NCBI GenBank assembly: GCA_965234725.1
Contig: CBDDUX010000063.1
Span: 1 to 64,000 of the forward strand
Direction of reading: 5' to 3'
Length of the DNA stretch: 64,000 nucleotides
Source of the DNA: Thermoplasmatota archaeon
Lineage (GTDB): Archaea > Thermoplasmatota > Penumbrarchaeia > Penumbrarchaeales > Penumbrarchaeaceae
Shown: piece by piece, positions 21,701 to 30,500 of the stretch
How positions within the stretch are numbered: position 1 is the first letter of the stretch
How the letters are laid out: every line of letters begins with the position of its first letter
The notes under the pieces: model-generated
Told to the model about the DNA's origin: nothing
The model's database searches: none
Seen by the model: only the letters and a program-made list of their open reading frames with translations
Translations under genes and position numbers: made by a program

Positions 21701-21732
21701 TGGACGAAACGAAAGATATTCATGCATCGCAC
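18715..21732 (-). CDS. Large surface protein: beta-helix-like N-terminus, cadherin/Ig-like repeats, TSP3-like DxDxDG repeats, TM, cytoplasmic Zn ribbon
   Basis: Signal peptide; WDPSGSPYIV; NDPP motifs; DTDGDGIGNNADLDDDGDG; TM; CPEC...CPFC. Confidence 0.85.
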   Translation of the reverse strand: MRCMNIFRFVQIMIIFLLVFPFLNIIPSSKGSGPQPGSYVEEDIVTNTIWDPSGSPYIVNGTIMVFQGVELEITSGVEVDFGQSGGLFVEGELSVGSENGTVTLRSIGPPSIGIWKGIRINGGKAVLESTSVIGAKETINSTSSEVYVRNSTFSLTNITAVLDGGSSLSLSNTTFDDTTFLIKDGLSEIETFAYASLNVVDKEGVLRGDVEVTIRDGYGMDQMNHYVNETGQVPMTLLRGFTYNSSGKDPSTGRYLIVMRDMPFTHYNNRSISVVGNYQFNSNVQYSWPPEMTNIPGSFFAYEDQYMVLQSNLLDRNNAGSVDINITSQNVWFDGVHGELVFVYEDQDLESERVFINLSDGYDTRSYSMNVTVVFRDDPPKFLLPYTLLYVVEDVPLDLLVDIKDEDTPYESLIVSTTDPQNVTFDRGNMSFVFLFGDGTQPEMSVNLTVSDGRTNITKNVDVFFEPVFYPPFFTGPLPEVVIDEDTFEILDISPFFDDPDKDDPVSVSIEVKQAEEQVFAVSQNGTILNISSLRDVNGSGSITVTLRDSRNNTISGTIYVTVLPLNDPPTLTAPNHTWIDDDLFRFEVLFTDIDGDLPSEIILLLDGMEYNLSPMMPIPHDPVLGILYSVEIRPGPGDHLYSFSCSDGNLGNLTETFDLYIPDLEKEKTIDGYGGKLKVKITYHRIVDILLLTDTFPGDPSGQYEVKLLSFRLTGNIENIRYILVSVELSLFNSDVLGSSSRVLSHWNGNYSQVLGINYSSQTNILNFPLGTTEVLKDIIIVSLLDPELDSDSDGYTNIVDVFPSDPLEWLDTDGDGIGNNADLDDDGDGFPDELEIEAGTDPLSSSSIPLDTDGDEIFDHLDDDDDGDGMPDDWEIKYGFDPKDPTDAEEDPDGDGRSNLKEYQMDSDPLVDNGKGGSDIEIPWWLVLLISVLVFLLALMGVLFVVMGYRSKRGNGVEEEWSIREELDPDDAVECPECSNVYPFTRDECPFCGEVNPYNEEME

Positions 21733-21988
21733 CTGAGGGATTTCAGATGGTCATGTTCGTATTTAATCCTTCCAGAAACCTAAAATTCAAGGTATAGATC
21801 TGGAATTAACATACCAGGTGGACTGTAATTGATACTGGACCATGGGAAATGCTTTTATATCTCGAAAAATCGAGGACAGATAAAATATATAAATACCTGT
21901 GGATAGGTCAGGTGCAGTTACTACAGGGTTCGGAAGAAAGGTTATATCCCATCCTGTAACTCGGAAATCACATATCGGAGGTCGGCAT

Positions 21989-24900
21989 ATGCCATATAAG
22001 ACACAGATTGCATCCTTGGCCCTTGTCATGATGATGACAGCTTTTGGACTTATCCTCCCATCTTCTAATGGTGAGGATATAGATTATTTCATGAACGATT
22101 CGATGATCACAGAGGACACGGTTGTCCTCAAGGGAGATGGAAGCGAAATATATGACTCTCACATGTTCTTCCAGATCGAGAGAAATGTACCCATTTCCTC
22201 AGCGGGAATGAAGATAAGCTCTCAAAACACCGAAGATGGCCCCTGGATCAAGGAACCATCAATTGATATAGGGGCGGATTCGAATTTGGATTGGTCCTTC
22301 GCCGGAACCGGATACGGTGATTTCGGGAGGAACTATGCATTCTCGGATGATAGTGTACTGAAGACCAATACATATACAGGTGCTCAGAACCAGATGCTTG
22401 GAAGTATCATCTTACCTGCCGAGGCCGATGTGATATCCGGAGAGATGTCAATAAAAGGAAGGTTCGATGCCAAGATCAGCAACATGAAGACCGTGGCAAA
22501 CGCTGGTCAGATCAACTATGCACCACAATGGGTTGAAATCGGTGACCTCGATGGGGATGATCTTAATGATGCATTGGTCTCAACGGGTGCCAACGGTGAC
22601 CTTTATACTTACATACAAGAAATCAGTGGTCAATACATAAAGACCAAGCTTACTAACCCCTCAACCTACAATGACTATGTTATTTATGATGTTAACAAAG
22701 ACGGAGCAAACGATATAGTCTTCTCTACCTCGAACGGCATCTACTGGGTGGCAAATTCCGGATCCGGTTCATTTTCCTCCACCTCCTCTCAGATGACCTC
22801 ATCTTTTACTCCAAACTTCCTGGGACTTGTGGATGTGGATGGTGATGGTGAGGATGAGATCGTCGGAGCCCTTTCATCATGGTCCTGGCCAACGACAAAG
22901 GTCGTGATATCATACCTGAAAAGGGCATCCGGTTCCACCTTCAACCTATGGCCTTTGTTCAACACTGGAAGCGGTTCAGGATCGGTGACACTACTCAATA
23001 TCAAGTTCGGCGATTGGAACAATGATGATTATATGGATGTGTTCGCAGCTTATTCAGACAGGAACGTCTATGTGTTCGAAAATCCCGCCTATTCAGGATA
23101 TTACAGCGATATTTCAAATATCACCTTCAAGTCAAAATGGGCTGCGACAAAGGTCTTTCAATCCGCCTATTCTATTCAAGGATGGGATGTTGGTGATGTG
23201 GATAATGATGGGAATGCGGATATCGCAATTGCTCCAGCCAGTGGTTACAACACGGATATCCATTACTATAACAACAAGGGAACAGGTACCTGGACCAGAT
23301 ACGATATCGTATCCTATTCCATATCCTACCCCAAGGATGTTACAATAGTCGATCTGAACGGGGATGGCAACCTGGATATCTTCTTCGCCGCAGGGAACTA
23401 CTACTACTACAACAACATAGGATGGTGCAAGAATGGCGGGAATCCCAACAAGAGCAACTGGAATTCTTATACCCTGATGTCCGGCCATGATGATTCTGGT
23501 AGTGCAGCATTCACTGGAGATGTTGATTCCGACGGATACATTGACACGGGATATTTCTTCACCTCCAACAGACAGATAATCGTCTGGAAGAACTCTAACC
23601 CGCACGATGGGTCCAATATCGAAGCTGGATTCATCGAGGACGGCGGTCTTGCCCAGGTGAGTGACCTGGTTAGAGTTGATATGGACCTGGACGGCGATGA
23701 CGATTTTCTAATAACAGCCTTCAGGAGCGGGACAGTTGGATGGTACGAGAACGATGGGACCCCCTTTGCAGATGATTGGCCCTTCTACAGGATCAATGGT
23801 GTCATAGTTGCAGGAGCAAAGGAGGTGGCTTACGGTGATATCGACAACGATGGAGATCTGGACGTTGCTGTCACCGCTTACAGTATGGGAAGGATCATGT
23901 GGTTCGAGAACCCCGGCAATCCTAAGAGCACATGGAAATACCACTATGTGGGATCCATGACCTATGCACTCGGCTGTGGACTCGGAGATATGGACGAGGA
24001 TGGCAATCTGGATATAATCGTGTCTGCAGGGTATTACTATGCCGATGGTATCAGGATGTACAGTGCATCGGATCCTTACGGCAGTTGGTCCTCCTATTCT
24101 GTCGCTAGTTCCGTTTCCTACTGTGGAGCTATAAATATAACAGATATGAACAGGGACGGACACCTTGATGTCCTTGTAACGGTGAACGGATATTCCGGAC
24201 AGGCGAATATCTACAGGAACCCCCTTCCGGGAAAGAACCCAAAATCGGGACAATGGCCATCGATCGCAGCTGTCTCAGGCCTCCAATATCCATATGAGGT
24301 TCTACCTGTAGATATAAACGATGATGGTAATCTGGATGTTGTGGTGTCTTCCAATTATGGTGGGATCAAGTGGGGTCAATGCCCCTCGAATGCGAACTCC
24401 ACAGGTGGATGGTCCTCGTACACAATGGACAGTTCAATCAGCTATCCCTGGGGTCTGGATGTAGCTGATGTCGACAATGACGGATACGATGATGTCTTTG
24501 TAACATGCCATTATTGGTGGGCCACAGGAACCTATTCCTATGCTAGAGGTGTTTATTGGCTTGAGGAGACCGATGATCCATATTCCCCATGGATGAAAAG
24601 GACCATCGACACCACCATGAGAGAAACATACGGCATATCTGTATGTGATATGGATGAGGACGGTTCCCTTGAGATCTACGCCCTATCCATGTTCGATGAT
24701 GATTTCAAATACAACCAGCCTACACTGAACTACCCGTCCAATATCAGGGTGGATCTGGCCTCTGATAACATTGTTGACTTCCAGACCACAGGCCATCTGA
24801 GGGGTGACCTTGAAATTGACATTGGAACACAGATCCAAAACATAATTGATACAAAACCATCATCGGTCAGACAGTTCAAGGACAGTTATGGCAATCCTAT

Positions 24901-27052
24901 GATGGAGATGGACATAAACCTTTATTCAGCCTCTCTTGGAAGACTGACAGGATACGGGTTCGATATCAGGTATAATCTTACAGTTGATGTCGACAATAAT
25001 GGGAAGATCAAAGATTCGATCAACAGACTTATCCCTGATTACAATGACCCCCTTGCCCAACCCCTCAGGATCTACATCACTTTCAAGGGCAAGTCAGAAG
25101 GGTCCGCGGTGATCTCGGACCTTCACCTTGAATACAATGCTCCACCCAAACTGGCCAAACCCCTTCCAACAATTCTCAAGGTCGATGAGAACAGTGTCAA
25201 GAAATTCACCATGGACCTTTCAGAATATTTCAAGGATGATTATGACCCGCCCAATCTCCTCAATTACAGGGTAGAGACCACCGGATTGAACAAGGAAAAG
25301 GTCAATGCTTATGTTGAGGATGGAACAAATGTCACCCTTGATTCCCGTATCGATGACGATTTCGACAGGGACACGAAAATGAGGATCATAGTAACGGACA
25401 ACGGTGGACCTGGTGGAGCCTCCTCCAGGGATTATATCTCAAAGGAGATCACGATCGATGTCATTCCGGTGGATGATCACCCAGTAAGAGGGAATCAGAC
25501 ACTTCCATCAAGGTTGATAAGCTATGAGGGTGAAGAGGATGTCATGGTCCTTGACCTGAACACCCTTAACCTTTTCGAGGACCCTGACGATCCCCTGGGA
25601 ACCGGGCTGCAATACTACTTAGTGGTGGACCCGGGTGATCAGGACCCCAGGGACCTCAGTAATGTTACAGTGAACCTGAGGAGTGGAAAGATCTTTGTCA
25701 CCAGTAGTGGTGACTGGACCGGAATGAACATTCCCATAAGGGTTTGGTGCTATGACAACAATCTCATACAACCTGATTTCGACCCTTACCATGATACTTT
25801 GTTGGATATAATCAACATCAACGATCCTCCCACATGGAAGGTCCTACCAGACCTATCATTGAACGAAGATGAAAGTGAGGATGGTGCTTTCGACCTGACC
25901 CCGTTCGTTATGGATATCGATAGTGATCCAAGCAGGGACCTGGTATTCAAAATACTCTCTCAAACCAATTCCACCTATTACCAGATCTCTCTGGACCCGT
26001 TGGATTCATCCAGGGTGAACCTTCATTCCAGGATCCCGAACTGGAATGGATGGGTAACTGCCACCATCGAGGTTTCTGATGGCGAATATACTGCCATTAC
26101 AACACTTCGGTTGGAGGTAACTCCACTAAATGATCTACCGATCCTGACGATCACCTATCCCATGGAGGATGCCTCCCTGGAAGAAGGACCGATATCGATC
26201 CAAGGCGATGCCTATGATGTGGAGGGTATAGACAGGGTGGAGGTCACATATTATGGGAAGACGACAATCCTGAAGGGGAAACGGTCCTGGGGAGAGACCC
26301 TTGAACTTCCCGAAGACGTAGATATCACCGAGATAACCTACGATATTCCCATCGTGGTTACCCTCTATGATCTCAATAATGCAAACGTAACCCAGACCGT
26401 TCATATTACCATGCTTCCTGCTTTGGACCAGGAGGATACTGATCCCGACAGGGATGGTTATCCGAATTCCAGGGACGACTTCCCATATGATCCATCGGAA
26501 TGGAAAGACTCTGACAGGGATGGACTTGGAGACAACTCAGATGCATTCCCCATGAACCAGGAATGGCAGTATGACACAGATAAGGATGGTATCGCTGACA
26601 AGGCCGACGATTGGCCGTTCGACCCGGCCAACGATCCAACCGATCATAAACCAAAGACACAGAAGACTGAGGAGACAAACTGGACCGTCCCCATATTGTT
26701 CTTCATCCTTGCAATCGTTATTGCAGTACTTGCGATCCTTTCACTCATTGCCTTCATGGGAAAGAGGGCCGCATCCAAGGACCCAAAGAAAGCAGTTGAG
26801 TTCTATAAGAAGCAGGAGAAGAGAAGGGATCTGGTCCGGAAGTATTCCGGAAGAGATAAGCTGGAAGAGGTCCTTACAAAGACCCATTTCAATACTGAAG
26901 ATAGCTTTGGAAGACCAACGGCATCCCCCTCTCCAATGCCTCTTCCCCAGTCAGGTAGAATGAACCTGCCTCCACCCAATATGATGCAGCCATCGAGGGC
27001 TCAACTCCCACCACCTGGAAGCAGACTCCCACCCCCACCTCAAAGAAGGTAA
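21989..27052 (+). CDS. FG-GAP/VCBS-repeat surface protein (paralogue 1)
   Basis: Signal peptide; many GDxDxDGxxD repeats; cadherin-like NDPP domains; TSP3-like repeats; TM; Pro-rich tail; GGAGG RBS. Confidence 0.88.
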   Translation: MPYKTQIASLALVMMMTAFGLILPSSNGEDIDYFMNDSMITEDTVVLKGDGSEIYDSHMFFQIERNVPISSAGMKISSQNTEDGPWIKEPSIDIGADSNLDWSFAGTGYGDFGRNYAFSDDSVLKTNTYTGAQNQMLGSIILPAEADVISGEMSIKGRFDAKISNMKTVANAGQINYAPQWVEIGDLDGDDLNDALVSTGANGDLYTYIQEISGQYIKTKLTNPSTYNDYVIYDVNKDGANDIVFSTSNGIYWVANSGSGSFSSTSSQMTSSFTPNFLGLVDVDGDGEDEIVGALSSWSWPTTKVVISYLKRASGSTFNLWPLFNTGSGSGSVTLLNIKFGDWNNDDYMDVFAAYSDRNVYVFENPAYSGYYSDISNITFKSKWAATKVFQSAYSIQGWDVGDVDNDGNADIAIAPASGYNTDIHYYNNKGTGTWTRYDIVSYSISYPKDVTIVDLNGDGNLDIFFAAGNYYYYNNIGWCKNGGNPNKSNWNSYTLMSGHDDSGSAAFTGDVDSDGYIDTGYFFTSNRQIIVWKNSNPHDGSNIEAGFIEDGGLAQVSDLVRVDMDLDGDDDFLITAFRSGTVGWYENDGTPFADDWPFYRINGVIVAGAKEVAYGDIDNDGDLDVAVTAYSMGRIMWFENPGNPKSTWKYHYVGSMTYALGCGLGDMDEDGNLDIIVSAGYYYADGIRMYSASDPYGSWSSYSVASSVSYCGAINITDMNRDGHLDVLVTVNGYSGQANIYRNPLPGKNPKSGQWPSIAAVSGLQYPYEVLPVDINDDGNLDVVVSSNYGGIKWGQCPSNANSTGGWSSYTMDSSISYPWGLDVADVDNDGYDDVFVTCHYWWATGTYSYARGVYWLEETDDPYSPWMKRTIDTTMRETYGISVCDMDEDGSLEIYALSMFDDDFKYNQPTLNYPSNIRVDLASDNIVDFQTTGHLRGDLEIDIGTQIQNIIDTKPSSVRQFKDSYGNPMMEMDINLYSASLGRLTGYGFDIRYNLTVDVDNNGKIKDSINRLIPDYNDPLAQPLRIYITFKGKSEGSAVISDLHLEYNAPPKLAKPLPTILKVDENSVKKFTMDLSEYFKDDYDPPNLLNYRVETTGLNKEKVNAYVEDGTNVTLDSRIDDDFDRDTKMRIIVTDNGGPGGASSRDYISKEITIDVIPVDDHPVRGNQTLPSRLISYEGEEDVMVLDLNTLNLFEDPDDPLGTGLQYYLVVDPGDQDPRDLSNVTVNLRSGKIFVTSSGDWTGMNIPIRVWCYDNNLIQPDFDPYHDTLLDIININDPPTWKVLPDLSLNEDESEDGAFDLTPFVMDIDSDPSRDLVFKILSQTNSTYYQISLDPLDSSRVNLHSRIPNWNGWVTATIEVSDGEYTAITTLRLEVTPLNDLPILTITYPMEDASLEEGPISIQGDAYDVEGIDRVEVTYYGKTTILKGKRSWGETLELPEDVDITEITYDIPIVVTLYDLNNANVTQTVHITMLPALDQEDTDPDRDGYPNSRDDFPYDPSEWKDSDRDGLGDNSDAFPMNQEWQYDTDKDGIADKADDWPFDPANDPTDHKPKTQKTEETNWTVPILFFILAIVIAVLAILSLIAFMGKRAASKDPKKAVEFYKKQEKRRDLVRKYSGRDKLEEVLTKTHFNTEDSFGRPTASPSPMPLPQSGRMNLPPPNMMQPSRAQLPPPGSRLPPPPQRR

Positions 27053-27069
27053 ATACCTGTTTACCCTCG

Positions 27070-27120
27070 ATCGGGTGTTGGACAATCACCAACACCCGAT
27101 TCTATTTCTTATTTTATTTT
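27070..27120 (+). terminator. Hairpin plus T-rich terminator
   Basis: Perfect 12-bp stem ATCGGGTGTTGG/CCAACACCCGAT followed by T-rich run. Confidence 0.7.
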
Positions 27121-27139
27121 TCGAACATATCACCTTTTT

Positions 27140-27330
27140 TGTATGAAAAATCATGATAGCAGGTTGTAATCCTTTTTCATACACCCGCAAAGCAGTGTCT
27201 CTAATTGACGATCTGTTTTGCTGGGTTTCGAAGTCACATAACTTATTTGATTGACGAGAGTGACTTACGAAAAAACCCGCTTAACATTTTCATCCTATGT
27301 TGTGAGCCTTTGGCTCATGAGGGTTTTTTT
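27140..27330 (+). ncRNA. Candidate structured ncRNA or dispersed element (four consecutive hairpins ending in a T-tract)
   Basis: TGTATGAAAAA/TTTTTCATACA; GCAAAGCAG/CTGTTTTGC; GGGTTTCGAAGTCAC/GTGACTTACGAAAAAACCC; TGTGAGCC/GGCTCATG + T7; second copy of the 3' part at 8-54. Confidence 0.45.
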
Positions 27331-27518
27331 ATTGAATATTACCTTAATAATTACCTATATCCAAGGTATCTCTCCATCTGGACATTGTTATCTGTACCCA
27401 AAAGCCTTAAAAGAATGGAAAAGTTGTCCCCATAGAACTTTTATATATTTTTTATCCATCTTGGTAACAATTGCGGGTTTCAGAACTTGCCAGTGTCCAT
27501 TAGAACGGATGTGATGAT

Positions 27519-30500
27519 TTGCGAATGAGTAAAACTATACCGATCGCCTTGATCCTGCTATTGATGACCTTCCTGCCACTGATCGATCTTGAGATCTCAG
27601 GCGAGCAGACATCGGAGTTCTATGATAACAGTAATAATCCCCTGGCTGGAGGGCCTGTTGAATTTCCAGGAGGAGAGGGCCTCGATGTAGAATACTATTT
27701 CAAAGTAGGAAGGAACGTCCCGATCTCAGAAGCATATCTCAATATCTCTACCTATAACTCCCACCTCGGCATGGCCCCCCTTGAGCCTTACGTGGATGTG
27801 GGAGTGGATTCCAATCTGGAATGGGAGTTCAAGGGAACCGGTTACGGCAAATTCGGACAGCTGGATTCATTCTCAGATGATAGATCACAGGTTTCCATAT
27901 CTTACGGGTCAAATGGTGGATCGGATTCCTCCACCCATGTATTGATCCCAAGGGATTCAGAGGTCATCGATGGCAGTATCGATGTCAGAGGAAGGTTCCA
28001 GGACCCATCCAATATACCAATTTCCACATATACGATCGAAAAAGACCCTTCCTCTTTATCCATGGACGGCTTCGCAATGGAAAAAGGCGACATCGATGGA
28101 GATGGTGATATCGATGTTGTCGTAGCTGATACCAGGAATTCCAGGATCGTCTGGATCGAGAACCCAGGAGACAATGATGGTGATTGGAACCTGAATGTGA
28201 TATATTCCGGTTCTGACACCACCAACTGCTATTCCATTGATGTTGGTGATATCGATGATGACGGGGACCTTGACGTTGCAGCCACTTCCTACTCAAGGGG
28301 GTATGTCATGTGGTTCAGGAACGACAATGACGGGTCTACATGGACGAGGTATCGGTTCAGGACAGGATTTACTTATGCTGGCAGGGTCCGTTTAGCGGAT
28401 ATGGACCAGGACGGGGATCAAGATATCGTGGTAGCCTCCTGGTACAATTATCTCTATTACAGGGATCCATTCCTCTACTGGTTCGAGGCTCCTGAGAATC
28501 CTAGTACAACATCAGGATGGACCGCTCATACCATTTCCGCCTCTCCCTATTATTATATGTACACCTATTCTAGTATGGATATTGGATATCTAAACGACGA
28601 CGATTATCCTGACATAGTGCTCTCGACATATCCAAGATACTCATACTACGGCAACAACTTTCTCCATACCTATATCAATCCCACAACCACAAGTGGAACA
28701 TGGAAAAAGACGATCATCGACTCCAACGCCCAGCAGATCTATTCCGTTGATATTGCAGACATCGATGAGGATGGTGACGATGATATTGTGGCTGCTTGCT
28801 ATGGTGGTAATTCAATAAAATTGTACGATAATGTCAACAACGCAAGCTCATGGACTGAGAATACTCTTGTGTCCTTCACCAGACCTACATATGTTCTGGT
28901 AGAGGACATGAACGATGATGGTAAGCTTGATATACTAGCTGGAGGGGGGTCCGGAGTCTATGATCTTGCTGTCCTTCATCAGGGAACTTCATCCACAAGT
29001 TTCACAAAATATTCCATAACCACCAGCCTGATAGATCCAAGAGCCTTCACCCCTTTCGATATGGATGATGATGGCGACCTGGATATGATGGCTGCCGGAA
29101 GATCAGGCTCTCAACTGGTCCTAATAAATACTACCGACAAATCAACTCCAAGCCACGAGATAATCTGGCTGGCCGATGGCGGAGTGAAGGACATCAGGGG
29201 AATGGATTATCTTGACATGGATGGCGACGGAGATCTGGATGTGTTATTCTGCGGTTATGGTACCGGTTATGTTGGTTGGCTGGAAAATGACGGGACACCA
29301 TTCAGCGGGGCCGGAGCGATCCATAAGATAGGAAGTATAGGCAACCCCATAGAGACCATGGCAGCCGATGCAGATGGGGATGATGATATGGATGTTTTCG
29401 TCCTTAGCTCCGGTGGAGTGGTCCTCTGGTTTGAGAATACAGGGGCAATATACTCTACATGGCCCAGTTCAATAATAGGTACGGGGATCCCTAGCGCATA
29501 TTCAATGTATGCCGGTGATTTCACCGGAGATGGCAAAGCTGATGTCGTTACAAGTTCTGCGACAGGATACAGCAACGGGCAGATCAGACTTTATAAGAGC
29601 CCTTCCGATCCGAAAACGACATGGCCCCGGAATTACATTGCAAGTTCCCTTTCATATCTCAAACGGATCTGGGCAGATGATATGGACCTCGATGGTGACC
29701 TGGATGTACTTGCTGTCATGGGAGCTTACGGTTCCGGGACTGTTGTCTATTACAAGAATCTGGTGGAGATCAAGGACCCGATGAGCGGAACCTGGGGTGC
29801 TATTCAAGTTGGAGGAGGGCTTTACTATCCTGAAGATGTGAAGACCATAGATATCACTGATGATGGCTACCCGGATGTAGTAGTTACAGGATCATATTAT
29901 TATTCAAAGGTCATGTGGTTCCAGAACCCGCTGGGAAAACAGGTATCCTCTTGGACCTCCTACGTCCTATATTCTAGTGCTTACACATGGAGAATAGGTG
30001 TCGGTGATATCGGGAATGATGGATATGCGGATATCATTTTCAATATAGGTTCTACTTCCTCTCCAAGTTCAATATACTGGTTGGAAGAAGGAGTGGATTA
30101 CAGACAGAATTGGAATCTCAGGGCTTTGGGCGGATATTCAGGGACTTGGGCACTTGGAATAGTTGACCTTGAAGGAGATGAAGTACCGGAAATACTGTCA
30201 ACCTCCAGGTCCCTTGATGAGATCAGGGCCTACAGATTGAACGCAGTCTTCCCTAGCGGTATCGGACTGGATGTGGGATCCGATTCATCTGTATCCGATT
30301 GGGAGAATTCTGGCTCACTGAAAGGGGCCAAAACCGTGAATATCAAGGATTATCTCCAATCCACTGTTGATAGTGAACCTAACTCCGTATCTATCAAAAA
30401 AGATACATGGGGGACCAATATGCTGGACATCCCCATTGAACTATCTTCCACATCCTCTGGCAGGGTCCAGATGGAGGATATCCATATCAGATACAATGCC

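Noticed and set aside
23396..23416. (TAC)n/(AAC)n run as a DGR variable region or phase-variation tract
   Set aside because: Short in-frame triplet run; no template repeat or reverse transcriptase in the window.
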